A stretch of DNA of 64,000 bases, taken from the sequence record NC_031934.1; one strand, 5' to 3'. Positions 1-9,495 of this stretch are shown here, piece after piece (positions within the stretch are counted from its first letter, which is position 1; each line of letters starts with the position of its first letter). Position numbers and translations under genes: made by a program. The notes under the pieces were generated by a model, which ran no database searches, was not told the origin of the DNA, and worked only from the letters and a program-made list of their open reading frames with translations. The DNA comes from Escherichia phage MX01.

Positions 1-380
1 AGGTGGCGTTGAGCTTCAGCAACACCGGCACGGTCGAATTCGTCGATAACAATTACCTTACGCTTACCTTCGATAGATTTAGAAGATGCAAAACGAGTAA
101 GTTCATTACGAACGAAATCAATACGGCAGTCAGAACCGTTAACAAACAGCATGTCTGAATTTGTATCAGCACACAATGCTTTAGCTACGGTAGTTTTGCC
201 TGTGCCTGGTGAAGCAGAGACTAGGATAATGTTAGGGATTAGACCCTTATTAACAATGGCTTGGAGGGTTTCTTTATCATGTGCAGGCAGAATACACTCA
301 GATAAAGTACCTGGACGATATTTCTGTTCCCACATGAAGTCATTTTCATTAATAGTTAAACCATTTACCACTTTACTCAT
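1..380 (-). CDS. 44: clamp loader large subunit gp44 (partial; 3' end outside window)
   Basis: Minus-strand translation from ATG at 380 gives MSKVVNGL...ILVSASPGTGKTTVAKAL... with Walker A and VIVIDEFDR Walker B; RBS GAGGA upstream; T4 synteny next to gene 45. Confidence 0.85.
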   Translation of the reverse strand, partial: MSKVVNGLTINENDFMWEQKYRPGTLSECILPAHDKETLQAIVNKGLIPNIILVSASPGTGKTTVAKALCADTNSDMLFVNGSDCRIDFVRNELTRFASSKSIEGKRKVIVIDEFDRAGVAEAQRH

Positions 381-939
381 TATTATTTTCCTCATTAAAA
401 TGTTTAACAATTTTATTCAATTCGTTTGCAGAATAATTATATCCATAATTTTGTAAAAGCGTACTAAATCTACCCTTTTTAGGCATACCAAGTTCTATCC
501 AAATCTTACGGAGCTCTTCATAATTCTGCCATATTTCAGAGCGTTGCCATTTAGAGCAATTAAGCTTATGGCTTTCGGAAAATGTTCTTGATTTTCCGGT
601 CCTGGTGATAGACATCTTACGTTTAGATTCAGCACTGTGGAAATCTACACCACCTGGACCACCGGGAGCTTTATTAACACAACGTGAACCATACTTGGCA
701 ATACCTTCTTTAACAAGGGCCTCTTCAATAAGTTTGGCTTCTTTAAATGTATCCGTTTTGTGGACAACCTCAATACTAAACTCCCAAACACCAGGAGTTA
801 TAGCATTTTCTCGCTTGCATTTCTTAACAAATTTACCAGTACCATAATATTCTTCAGGAGTAACACGGTGCCTACCGAAATAATGGTAGACATCCTTAGT
901 TTTGGTATTTGTTATTGTATTATGATAGCAAATGTACAT
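373..939 (-). CDS. putative GIY-YIG-family homing endonuclease (seg-like), NUMOD3-like DNA-binding motif
   Basis: 188 aa; VYHYFGRH...YYGTG resembles GIY...YIG core; ESKRKMSITRTGKSR NUMOD3-like; paralogous to ORF 60888..61514; inserted between genes 45 and 44; start overlaps gp45 stop (TAATG). Confidence 0.4.
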   Translation of the reverse strand: MYICYHNTITNTKTKDVYHYFGRHRVTPEEYYGTGKFVKKCKRENAITPGVWEFSIEVVHKTDTFKEAKLIEEALVKEGIAKYGSRCVNKAPGGPGGVDFHSAESKRKMSITRTGKSRTFSESHKLNCSKWQRSEIWQNYEELRKIWIELGMPKKGRFSTLLQNYGYNYSANELNKIVKHFNEENNNE

Positions 940-1637
940 TAGAACGAGTGGCTTGAGCCTGCTTCCATAGCTAGTACGTAAGAAGCTTGTGAACCTTCAA
1001 ACTTAGCTGCGAAACGAGCATCTTGACCTTCACCGCGTGCCCATAACAATACATGGTAATCAGCCGGCATCATTTTCATATTAGTTTTGTTAATAATGAA
1101 TTTGAATTCAGGGCCATCATGGTCTGCAACCACTAAGGAATACAACGGTCGAGTCAATTCTTTATCGTCAACTTGTTTATAACCGTTGATAACGATTTTA
1201 CCATTGTCTGTAGTGATTGCAAATGTATCAATACTCAATCCAGAGGATACACGCATCAGTTGCTGGTAGTCTTCAGCTTTAAGGTCAAAAATAACTTCAG
1301 CGACCGGGAATGGAATCTTTTTGCTTGGGAATGCAATTGTGCTTGGGTCGGCAATAGGCCACTTAATAGTTGAACGTTGGTCTTTAATAATTAAAGTGGT
1401 TTGGTCTTCACTTACCGAAACTTCAGCACTTTCAGATACCAAAGACAGAATACTTAAGAAACCGTTCAGGTCATAGATTGCGGCTTCGATATCAAAGGTA
1501 TCGGATACGGTAGCTTCACCATAACTTGCACCTGTTACAGAACGAGTTAGAATAGTGTTACCAGGTTTAAGCATGATACCTGGATTAATACCGGAGAAGT
1601 TTTTCAGAATGTTCAGAGTTTCTTTAGAGAATTTCAT
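939..1637 (-). CDS. 45: sliding clamp gp45
   Basis: 232 aa, collinear similarity to T4 gp45 (…IYDLNGFL…KFEG…); RBS AAGGA. Confidence 0.9.
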   Translation of the reverse strand: MKFSKETLNILKNFSGINPGIMLKPGNTILTRSVTGASYGEATVSDTFDIEAAIYDLNGFLSILSLVSESAEVSVSEDQTTLIIKDQRSTIKWPIADPSTIAFPSKKIPFPVAEVIFDLKAEDYQQLMRVSSGLSIDTFAITTDNGKIVINGYKQVDDKELTRPLYSLVVADHDGPEFKFIINKTNMKMMPADYHVLLWARGEGQDARFAAKFEGSQASYVLAMEAGSSHSF

Positions 1638-1662
1638 AATGTTTCCTTATCAAGTCAAATTA

Positions 1663-2118
1663 TTAAGCAATAACGATCATTTGTTTACGAATGGATTCAG
1701 GCAGAGATTCAATATACTCTGGAATCTGGGAAGCAACAATAGCACCGGCTTCAAGCAGTTGTTCGTCAAAATCTACGCAATAATCATCTTCGAGACGTTC
1801 AGAACCATCACGGTCGATAACCAGTTTAGCACCTGCGGCCAGTGAATCATTATAGTGGCGACGCATAATTTCTACCCACTTATCGGATACGTCGTTATCA
1901 ATGATACCGTAGAGCATGAACTTAGTTTCTTGTGGAAGAGACTGCAGACGACGTGCAGAGTTGGTATCAATATTCAGTACCCATGATTTACGGATACGGT
2001 TTTGATTATGTGGGTTGGAATCAGTACGGATAGTTTTAACTTGGATATCTTTAACAGTAATAGCGTTAGCAAACATAATATTTTCTCTCATTTGGTTGGT
2101 AAATGTATTATAAATCAA
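1663..2118 (-). CDS. hypothetical early protein at the T4 rpbA position
   Basis: 151-aa ORF; assignment by position only; true start may be an internal Met. Confidence 0.35.
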   Translation of the reverse strand: MIYNTFTNQMRENIMFANAITVKDIQVKTIRTDSNPHNQNRIRKSWVLNIDTNSARRLQSLPQETKFMLYGIIDNDVSDKWVEIMRRHYNDSLAAGAKLVIDRDGSERLEDDYCVDFDEQLLEAGAIVASQIPEYIESLPESIRKQMIVIA

Positions 2119-2138
2119 TATTTTAAAGCATTTAACGT

Positions 2139-2333
2139 TTAATCGAAGTATTCATAAACGAACCAGGCAGGGTTCCTGTTCGACATGATTCTATCATACT
2201 CTGACTTAAAAGCATTTCGGAGATAATCTTCAGTAACAAGATGTTCGTCACCAGAGAAGTTGTTGACTAAAACATACCGCTTTAGTTCAGGAACGGCCAA
2301 CAAATGCTGGCCTGTTATAAAATTGGAAGCCAT
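2139..2333 (-). CDS. hypothetical small protein (T4 45.2 position)
   Basis: 64-aa ORF, position between rpbA-like ORF and gene 46. Confidence 0.4.
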   Translation of the reverse strand: MASNFITGQHLLAVPELKRYVLVNNFSGDEHLVTEDYLRNAFKSEYDRIMSNRNPAWFVYEYFD

Positions 2334-2376
2334 ATAAATATCTTTATCGGTCGCTGTATCAAATAAGGATTTGATA

Positions 2377-3093
2377 ATGAATTATAAATCAATATACGAA
2401 AAGCTTATTCAACGAGCAGTTAATAGAAATTTAACTACCTATAAAGAACGTCATCACATTATACCACAATGCATGGGTGGAACGGACGACGCTTTAAACT
2501 TGGTAGACTTAACACCTGAAGAACATTACTTGGCTCATCAGTTGTTAGTTAAAATCCATCCAGATAATGCATCGTTAGTCTATGCGGCAAGAATGATGAC
2601 AGTTAGCTCACCAAAAGCTGATAGGTCTAAAAATAAATTATTTGGATGGCTTCGTCGTAAGAATTCAGAAGCCCAAAAGGATAAAGAATTCTCGGAAGAA
2701 ACCAGAAAGAAAATGTCAATTTCCGCTTTAAAAAAGCCTAGAGTTACCTGTCCACACTGCGGTAAAACTGGATTGGTAGGCAATATGAACAGATGGCATT
2801 TCGATAACTGCCCTAAAGGCCCTAATAAAGTAGACCGCTCTATATCTGAAGAGCAAAAATTAAAAATAAAGAAAGGCCTAGAAAACATGGTCCATAAAAT
2901 TGTGGAATGTGAATTCTGTGGCCTTTCAGGAAAATCCTGTGTTATTGCCTCTCATAAAGTTTTTTGTAAGAAAAATCCTAACGGGCGCAAAAAAACAGAA
3001 AAGAAGGTAGAATGCCCTCATTGTGGTAAACAAGGGAATTCCGGTAATATGAATCGTTGGCATTTCGATAACTGTAAAATGAAGCCTCAATAA
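2377..3093 (+). CDS. HNH homing endonuclease (mob-like) with NUMOD3 motif and two Cys4 zinc-ribbon repeats
   Basis: ERHHIIPQCMGGTDDALNLVDLTPEEHYLAH HNH motif; FSEETRKKMS NUMOD3; duplicated CPHCGK...NMNRWHFDNC; RBS AAGGA 6 nt upstream of ATG 2377; opposite strand to all neighbours. Confidence 0.8.
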   Translation: MNYKSIYEKLIQRAVNRNLTTYKERHHIIPQCMGGTDDALNLVDLTPEEHYLAHQLLVKIHPDNASLVYAARMMTVSSPKADRSKNKLFGWLRRKNSEAQKDKEFSEETRKKMSISALKKPRVTCPHCGKTGLVGNMNRWHFDNCPKGPNKVDRSISEEQKLKIKKGLENMVHKIVECEFCGLSGKSCVIASHKVFCKKNPNGRKKTEKKVECPHCGKQGNSGNMNRWHFDNCKMKPQ

Positions 3094-3098
3094 GAGGC

Positions 3099-4781
3099 TT
3101 ATTCCATAATTGTAAATCGACCAACCTTTTTCATTTGTAAATGCTGACCATATGCTTGAGGGTCATGGTCCCTGTGGCTGATTATAAAAACATTACTGTC
3201 TTCAAGACTATTAAGAATACTTGCAATCGACTTAACAGCCTCAGCGTCAACTGCTCCATCAAAAACTTCATCCAACACTAATGTACTAATGTGGACTCCA
3301 CTGACTTTTTCAGCAATATCACGCCAGGTAAAAAGTAGTGCGATATCAATACGTGCTTTCTCACCCTGTGAAAATGAAGCATAACTAAAGTCTTCACGTC
3401 CACGTGATTTAATCGTCTCATTGAACTCTTCGTCTAGTGTAAAGACGTAGTCGGCTTCCATAATCTTCAAATAAGAATTTATCTGCTTATTAAAGATAGG
3501 AATGTATTTCTTAATAATGGAACCTTTAATACCGGTATCCTTCAACATTTCTGTCAGAATTCCACGATGGTATTTTTCCATTACCAGGGACGATTTGGTA
3601 GAGACGATTTTATCAAGCTCTGCTTGAAGCGTGGCAATCTCTTCGGCATTACTTACGAACTCAGCAGCGGCTTGGTCTATTAATACTTTAACTTTTTTAG
3701 CTTTCTCTACGGCAGTAATGGCTTGTTGCTTATGAGTAGCTATCTGAGATTTAATAGCCAGCGCTTTATTACGTTGTTCGGTTACTTGGTCCTTAATGAG
3801 CTTGAGTTCTTGGTACTGCTCATTAATCTTATCCAAAGATTTTTGAAGTTCAAAGTTCTTGTCCTTAATTTTAGTAAGGATATTTCCATGCTCTTCTAAT
3901 CCTTGCATACACGTAGGACAACTACCACCGGTTTCGTATAATTTCACGACCTTAGTAAAGGTTGCCATATCATTCTTGATTGCAAACCCTTTATTACTCA
4001 GGTCACTCATAGAGTCGCTAGGGTCATCATCGACAATGACATTGAGTAATTCATCAGTTAGTTTTTCTATATTGCCTTTCGCAGTCCTGGCTTCTTTAAC
4101 GAGCTCGTCATACATTACTTGTAGTCGTGCTGCGTTCTCGCCGGATAATTTACGTTGACGTTCTTCGTTGTCATTATAAATTTTAATCTGTTGGGTAATA
4201 GAATCCTGTTTAACGTCGATTACTTGGATTTGGCTATTAGTCTCACGAATCAAAGATTTGTTCAACTTATCCATATCCGCTAATACAGAAACCTCTAAGA
4301 GGTCTTCGACAAGTTTTCTTCTTGCAGGAGTGGATAGGCCCATAAAAGGGGTATATCCAGCTGTCCCGAGTACGACAATCTGTTTGAAGCTTGTGTAGGA
4401 CATTCCGATAAGCTGTTCAAATTCCGCTTGGAAGTCTTTACTGCTGGCAGATTCATCAAGACGTTCACCGTCACAAGAGATTTCAAAAACGTTGGGTTTT
4501 TGCCCGCGTTTGATGTAGTATTCTTTGCCATCATATTCCATCCACAGTTCGACCAAAAGGTCTTTCTTATTACTTGAGTTAATCAACTGCCCTTTCTTAA
4601 CATCGCGAAAAGGCTTACCAAACAGAGCAAATGTTACGGCTTCAAGGAATGTTGATTTCCCTGCACCATTTTTACCAGTGACTAAGGTCTTTTGGACCTT
4701 ATCAAGTTGGATTGTAATAGGTTGCTGGCCTACCGACATAATATTTTTATACGTTACTTTCTTTAACTTAAAAGTCTTCAT
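3099..4781 (-). CDS. 46: recombination endonuclease subunit gp46 (SbcC/Rad50-like ATPase)
   Basis: Start at MKTFKLKK; Walker A GKNGAGKST, signature SQGEKARIDIALLF, Walker B LVLDEVFDG; length ~560 aa. Confidence 0.9.
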   Translation of the reverse strand: MKTFKLKKVTYKNIMSVGQQPITIQLDKVQKTLVTGKNGAGKSTFLEAVTFALFGKPFRDVKKGQLINSSNKKDLLVELWMEYDGKEYYIKRGQKPNVFEISCDGERLDESASSKDFQAEFEQLIGMSYTSFKQIVVLGTAGYTPFMGLSTPARRKLVEDLLEVSVLADMDKLNKSLIRETNSQIQVIDVKQDSITQQIKIYNDNEERQRKLSGENAARLQVMYDELVKEARTAKGNIEKLTDELLNVIVDDDPSDSMSDLSNKGFAIKNDMATFTKVVKLYETGGSCPTCMQGLEEHGNILTKIKDKNFELQKSLDKINEQYQELKLIKDQVTEQRNKALAIKSQIATHKQQAITAVEKAKKVKVLIDQAAAEFVSNAEEIATLQAELDKIVSTKSSLVMEKYHRGILTEMLKDTGIKGSIIKKYIPIFNKQINSYLKIMEADYVFTLDEEFNETIKSRGREDFSYASFSQGEKARIDIALLFTWRDIAEKVSGVHISTLVLDEVFDGAVDAEAVKSIASILNSLEDSNVFIISHRDHDPQAYGQHLQMKKVGRFTIME

Positions 4782-5031
4782 CGTTATAAGCATCCTTGAT
4801 GCATGATTCGGCCATATGAATTAATGTTTCTGGAGTATCATCTACCATTACATTAAAGCTAAATTCCACAGCCCAATCAGTAGCAACATAAACTTTAATA
4901 AGCTCGTTGGTATCACGAGTGCTCACAGCTTCAAACCAGAACTTAATTGTACTAGGTTGTCCATCGTCATCAATAACGATACAGTCGTGTTCTAGTTCAA
5001 GGCCTGATTTTTTAAATTCATCTAAAGTCAT
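4768..5031 (-). CDS. hypothetical protein
   Basis: 87-aa acidic ORF between genes 47 and 46, overlapping gp46 start. Confidence 0.35.
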   Translation of the reverse strand: MTLDEFKKSGLELEHDCIVIDDDGQPSTIKFWFEAVSTRDTNELIKVYVATDWAVEFSFNVMVDDTPETLIHMAESCIKDAYNDEDF

Positions 5032-6050
5032 CGTGTAACCTCATTATAAAGTTGTGCAGCCATAGTCTTAAGGGCTTTAACATCGTCTTCAGTGTGGCCA
5101 TCAGGAAGGGCATCGATATAATCATACATCATATCCAAGAGGGACTTAACTTCATCTTCCTCTTCAGAATCATCGATATCAACACTGTTATCTACCTTAG
5201 ACACGATACGTAAAGAGTGGACAACCTTTTCAAGCTCTGATTCGAACTTAGTAAGACCGTCATCAATTTTATCGACTATAACACGAACTGCGATATTTGT
5301 AAAATCTTTGTAATCGATAGTCGCGTTAGGATAATGAATCTTACGGTGCCAACAGGTTTCATTGATGATGAAATCCATCTTATGAGTTTCTGTATCAAAA
5401 ATCCAGAAGCCTCGAGGGTCGTTCTCATCACCGGCAGTCAAGGTCCATGGTGTACCGATATACTTAACGTTTGCTGCATCAGAAATAGTGTGGAAGTGGC
5501 CTGACCAAACCTGCTTATACTTCTTAAGGAAATCAGGTTCTAAACCATGAGATTTCATTCCTTTATAGAAATAGAAACCATTTAATTCCCAGTGACCAAT
5601 ACAAAAATCTGCTGTGGTATTTTTGATATGCTCCATGATATCAGTCGTGTTTTCTTCACACATCCATGGAATCAAATCAATTTCGGTGCCATCAAAGTTA
5701 ACCGTAGTAGGTTTCTCAATAACCTTGATATGCTCATATTTACCCAGAACTTCAGAAGCAGCGTTCGGAGTCAAGGTATTTTTGTAGTGCATATCATGGT
5801 TACCAACAATGGTATACATGGTAATGCCATTTTCTTTAAGCAAATCTGAAATATGTCTGGCAAATTCCATGCACTTATGAGTAATTGCTTTACGAACATC
5901 AAAAATATCACCATACTGAATCCAGACAGTGATACCGTTTGCTTTAGAATAATTGATGGCGTCTTTAATGCCTGCCAATTGAATATTTTGCACCCAAGGG
6001 TCATCGTTCTTAACTCCAAGGTGCCAGTCACCTGTGTTTAGTATTTTCAT
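5028..6050 (-). CDS. 47: recombination nuclease subunit gp47 (SbcD/Mre11-like phosphoesterase)
   Basis: MKILNTGDWHLG...GNHD...GHWE...GHFH calcineurin-like motifs; start set at internal ATG 6050. Confidence 0.9.
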   Translation of the reverse strand: MKILNTGDWHLGVKNDDPWVQNIQLAGIKDAINYSKANGITVWIQYGDIFDVRKAITHKCMEFARHISDLLKENGITMYTIVGNHDMHYKNTLTPNAASEVLGKYEHIKVIEKPTTVNFDGTEIDLIPWMCEENTTDIMEHIKNTTADFCIGHWELNGFYFYKGMKSHGLEPDFLKKYKQVWSGHFHTISDAANVKYIGTPWTLTAGDENDPRGFWIFDTETHKMDFIINETCWHRKIHYPNATIDYKDFTNIAVRVIVDKIDDGLTKFESELEKVVHSLRIVSKVDNSVDIDDSEEEDEVKSLLDMMYDYIDALPDGHTEDDVKALKTMAAQLYNEVTR

Positions 6051-6232
6051 AAGCCAAGCGCCGTTATCGCAGTGCAAAATAAAATTATTGAAATGAACCC
6101 GTCAGGAGTGGAAAAGAATCCTATCCAACAAGCTCGTGTGAATGTATAGAATGCCATTAATAGCACGACATATCCTAAAAATAATTCCATATGTTCTCCT
6201 CAGTTTAGACTATTGTACTCCGATATACATAA

Positions 6233-6258
6233 AGCAAAAAAGGAGCCTAAGCTCCTTT
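6233..6258 (-). terminator. rho-independent terminator-like hairpin (AAAGGAGC/GCTCCTTT stem, T-run on minus strand)
   Basis: Perfect 8-bp inverted repeat with 4-nt loop followed by TTTTTTG on minus strand. Confidence 0.45.
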
Positions 6259-6420
6259 ACCAACTAATACACCATACAGAGGTTCACGTGAAGATTTGAA
6301 CTTAATAGGCTTATATGTAATAGTACCTTCATTTTCTGATTTAATACGAGCGGCTTCAAATTGAAGAATCATCTCGTTTTTGTCAGATTTAATCTTATCA
6401 AAATCCGTCGAATTCGTCAT
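6247..6420 (-). CDS. hypothetical small protein (below 60-aa track cutoff)
   Basis: Manual minus-strand translation MTNSTDFDKIKSDKNEMILQFEAARIKSENEG..., stop inside the hairpin. Confidence 0.25.
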   Translation of the reverse strand: MTNSTDFDKIKSDKNEMILQFEAARIKSENEGTITYKPIKFKSSREPLYGVLVGKGA

Positions 6421-6478
6421 TCATATAACCTCTTAAACTTTTTCGTATTCGTCATTCATTAGCCTGCAGTCCATGTTA

Positions 6479-6679
6479 TCATCTCTGCCACCACTTCTTA
6501 AGTTGATGAGAATCTACCCAAACCTTGGCTACAGGCTCAATCTGAAAAATTCCATCGGAATACTGGCCGACCATTTTGTATTCGGTTTCGGACTGCTTAA
6601 TACAGATATTACCGTATGAGCGAAGTCTAAAGGCGGCTCCAATAAGAAGCCGTTTAAAGGGTTTATTTACTAGAGCCAT
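6479..6679 (-). CDS. hypothetical protein
   Basis: 66-aa ORF. Confidence 0.3.
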   Translation of the reverse strand: MALVNKPFKRLLIGAAFRLRSYGNICIKQSETEYKMVGQYSDGIFQIEPVAKVWVDSHQLKKWWQR

Positions 6680-6974
6680 TGACGATTTCCCAAATTTGTT
6701 TGCGGGTAGATTCCCACATCAATTGAACAAGTTCATCAGTAACAGGTTGACGGTAAATACCACGTAATTTAATTAAAGCGTACTTATATGCTTCAAAGTT
6801 GTTTTCAAGTACAGCGCCTTGGGCATGGAGATTTAAACGACGGATTTCACGAGCATTCTTCTTAAGAATCTTAGCCGCTTGAGAATTAGCTTCTTTAATA
6901 TTGTGCTCTTCTAAACGTTGCTGGGCTTCTTCAATTTGCTCATCAGTCAATTGAGAAATGTCATGGCTTTGCAT
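6663..6974 (-). CDS. hypothetical protein
   Basis: 103-aa ORF, helical/charged. Confidence 0.4.
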   Translation of the reverse strand: MQSHDISQLTDEQIEEAQQRLEEHNIKEANSQAAKILKKNAREIRRLNLHAQGAVLENNFEAYKYALIKLRGIYRQPVTDELVQLMWESTRKQIWEIVNGSSK

Positions 6975-6975
6975 A

Positions 6976-7206
6976 TTAATCCTTTGGAGTCAATTCAATA
7001 GTGAAGTAGAAATTAGCGTTCTCAACATGATAACGATAATCTACGTTATTGTCAGGAGAAGTGAATTCGATATTCCTGACGTTAAGTGGGTCAATATCAA
7101 TAGGAAGGCCTTTAACATCCCGTAATATCAATTTAATAAAATAAGGGAGTGCTTCGAAGTCTTCCATTCCATCTAAAAGTGGAGTGATATTAATCTGATG
7201 TTCCAT
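6976..7206 (-). CDS. hypothetical protein
   Basis: ORF downstream of gene 55; start set at internal Met (MEHQ...). Confidence 0.3.
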   Translation of the reverse strand: MEHQINITPLLDGMEDFEALPYFIKLILRDVKGLPIDIDPLNVRNIEFTSPDNNVDYRYHVENANFYFTIELTPKD

Positions 7207-7747
7207 ATAAAAAATCCAGTTCACCAACTTTAGGTTCGGCACTCTTATCAGACCCTGGTGCTTTAGTTAAAGAGGTTTCATACTGAGTCATTTTGTCGTA
7301 GATATCTTGGATAAAGGTTTCATCTGCAATACCTACCATGTCGTCATCATTACTGTCATAGACATTATGGACGAAGTAGCTATATTTCTTTGCCATTTCT
7401 TTACGTTCTTTTTTGATACGCTGAACGAAGGCATTAAAACAAGCCATAGTGATATATGCATGTGGGTTGTCGTATTTTGTTTCGTCGAAATTGTGAAGAC
7501 CTTTAATCGAAGCTTCGATTCCATCAGCTATCATTTCCTGCCGCCAAGATTGGGTATATCCTGAGAAGTTGAAACGCTTGCTGAGGCCTTCTGCTATAAG
7601 CATAATAGCCAATCCTATAGTATCATTTTGTCTAATGATTTTATTAGGGTCGGTGTTAGCATATAATTCCTGCTTCCAACTTGTAATAGCTTTAAGAAGC
7701 TCCTTGTTATTTACATAATTATTTTTAGTCAGTTTAATTTTGGTCAT
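7190..7747 (-). CDS. 55: late-transcription sigma factor gp55
   Basis: 185 aa; NYVNNKELL...[28 protein letters not shown]...NPHAYIT...VHNVYDS collinear with T4 gp55. Confidence 0.85.
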   Translation of the reverse strand: MTKIKLTKNNYVNNKELLKAITSWKQELYANTDPNKIIRQNDTIGLAIMLIAEGLSKRFNFSGYTQSWRQEMIADGIEASIKGLHNFDETKYDNPHAYITMACFNAFVQRIKKERKEMAKKYSYFVHNVYDSNDDDMVGIADETFIQDIYDKMTQYETSLTKAPGSDKSAEPKVGELDFLYGTSD

Positions 7748-7813
7748 TGTTACCTCAGATAACTCAAATCATAGGTCTATTATATCATAGTATTTGAAGA
7801 CCCTTTTAAAGCA

Positions 7814-8077
7814 TCAACGGAGTAAGCAATAAGCCTGAAATACTGTTTCAAGGATTTGTGTGAACTCGGAATAAGAAATTGTATCAGTACACCCGTGTTC
7901 AGACATATATCCACAAAATTCTTTAAAAAGACTTGGATATTCACGATGGTTGTATTTGGAAATATGAGACTTCCATACTAAAGAAGTCTCACCACAAACA
8001 AACTCAACATCCATACAGTTATCTATTAAGAAAAATCCGAGACCTTCGTAGGCGAGGGTGGTGGATATGGGTTTCAT
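7814..8077 (-). CDS. hypothetical protein
   Basis: 87-aa ORF. Confidence 0.35.
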   Translation of the reverse strand: MKPISTTLAYEGLGFFLIDNCMDVEFVCGETSLVWKSHISKYNHREYPSLFKEFCGYMSEHGCTDTISYSEFTQILETVFQAYCLLR

Positions 8078-8340
8078 TGTAGGAATCGAGCTCCTTCCAA
8101 GGCATCATCTAGGTTATCGAACTCGTCGACGTAGTCAACACCGCCAACCTCATCTTTTGCATACAGCCAATACTGTTTAAATTCGTATTCAATAATAAAG
8201 TGGTCACCCTCAATCTGGAGAACCCCATCGCCATTAAATTGAATTGCATAACCTGTAAAGCGGACATCATTCAAGAGTTCTTCTTTCATAGCAATCATTT
8301 CCAAGTTTTTATCGTAATTAGAGAGTTTTATTTTAATCAT
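8074..8340 (-). CDS. hypothetical protein
   Basis: 88-aa ORF, stop/start overlap with neighbours. Confidence 0.4.
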   Translation of the reverse strand: MIKIKLSNYDKNLEMIAMKEELLNDVRFTGYAIQFNGDGVLQIEGDHFIIEYEFKQYWLYAKDEVGGVDYVDEFDNLDDALEGARFLQ

Positions 8341-8666
8341 TTCGCCGCCTTAACAATTTTCAGGTCAACGAATTTTTTCTTACGTTGGTTTTTCATACGA
8401 CGGATAGTTTTATCCGTGATTTCACCCGGTTGCCAAGCTTTAGATTCAACACCAAATGCAGCGACATCGAATTCATCAAGGATATATTGAACCAGGATTT
8501 CACGAATACCGTTCTTACCAATTTTCTGGTCTTTAGAGTGCATGATTGGTAACAGTTCAGCAACCCATTGGTCGAGAATTTCAGGAGTCACAAAACCTGT
8601 ATTCATCAGTTCATTTACTTTATCGAAAGCGAAAGAGTTCAGTACGTTTTTAATAGCTTGTGACAT
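8337..8666 (-). CDS. hypothetical protein
   Basis: 109-aa ORF; early promoter and conserved RBS cassette upstream. Confidence 0.45.
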   Translation of the reverse strand: MSQAIKNVLNSFAFDKVNELMNTGFVTPEILDQWVAELLPIMHSKDQKIGKNGIREILVQYILDEFDVAAFGVESKAWQPGEITDKTIRRMKNQRKKKFVDLKIVKAAK

Positions 8667-8704
8667 AATAATTTCCTCAGTTTTAAATTATAATCCGTAG
8701 GACC

Positions 8705-8734
8705 ATTATACTCTGGTCCCAAGAGTTTGTAAAC
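8705..8734 (-). promoter_or_regulatory. T4-type early promoter (GTTTAC, 18-bp spacer, TATAAT) flanked by GGACC/GGTCC inverted repeat
   Basis: Read on minus strand. Confidence 0.5.
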
Positions 8735-8934
8735 TATTTTTGTGCTTTGGCGCCTTTCCAACCTTCATACATCATTGCTGCGGAAATTAACAAAGCACCC
8801 GAGCAACTTGAATATTTGTGATTCCAAAACCAGTTTAGAAAAACTTCGTCATCAATACCTTGGGCTATCATATTTTCAAAGAACTGACGACGAGATTCGG
8901 CAATTCGCTGTGATAATTTAGATTCAGGATTCAT
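8734..8934 (-). CDS. hypothetical protein
   Basis: 66-aa ORF. Confidence 0.35.
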   Translation of the reverse strand: MNPESKLSQRIAESRRQFFENMIAQGIDDEVFLNWFWNHKYSSCSGALLISAAMMYEGWKGAKAQK

Positions 8935-8945
8935 TTAAATTTTCC

Positions 8946-9239
8946 TCAGCTGTAACGATAACACTCGTTTGATTTACGTTTTGCAACTCGATGAGAAGTA
9001 TTGTAATCAGGTTCATCGTCGTTGTAAACATCTTTTTTCAGCTTTCTCACTTCTTTACGAAGCTGGCGGTTCATTTCATTCTTAACTTCGGAATCAACGC
9101 CTCTCATACGTTTCCACTTGTCAGAACGGAAGATATTTTCTTCAACCAGTTCCTGACTTACACCGTCCGGTGCTTTACGGCGACCTGAATAATAAAAATC
9201 TTTTACAGACAATTCTTTACGACGGATAGTTTTACCCAT
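8946..9239 (-). CDS. hypothetical basic protein
   Basis: 97-aa ORF rich in K/R. Confidence 0.4.
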   Translation of the reverse strand: MGKTIRRKELSVKDFYYSGRRKAPDGVSQELVEENIFRSDKWKRMRGVDSEVKNEMNRQLRKEVRKLKKDVYNDDEPDYNTSHRVAKRKSNECYRYS

Positions 9240-9246
9240 AGTTACC

Positions 9247-9495
9247 TCAGCAATTTACATCAATAAGATTTTTAATGTAATTAACGTCTGCAATACTCAG
9301 ATCGAGTTTAATAGCTTTCAGACGTTCATCCAGAGTAAGAAAAGTTACTCGCTTCCAATTCTTAACAGGGCAGCAATACGTTTTAGGGCCGTTAGCGATT
9401 TCAATATTTTTATCTGTGATGGTGATAAAAATCAGACGTACATAGTCAAGATTCAGGGTGATGACATTTCTCTTTGCATGTATTTTCAGGCTCAT
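9247..9495 (-). CDS. hypothetical protein
   Basis: 82-aa ORF. Confidence 0.35.
   Translation of the reverse strand: MSLKIHAKRNVITLNLDYVRLIFITITDKNIEIANGPKTYCCPVKNWKRVTFLTLDERLKAIKLDLSIADVNYIKNLIDVNC

Noticed and set aside
151-456. 101-aa plus-strand ORF at the window start
   Set aside because: Antisense to the gp44 coding sequence, which has clear Walker motifs; hydrophobic low-complexity product.
1638-1690. MotA-box-like TGCTTAA upstream of gene 45
   Set aside because: The box is too close to the RBS/ATG for a transcript from it to include the ribosome-binding site; likely a chance match.
3859-4158. Plus-strand ORFs inside gene 46 and gene 47 (for example 3859..4158, 5592..5849, 5853..6041)
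   Set aside because: Antisense to strongly supported recombination nuclease genes; no start context.
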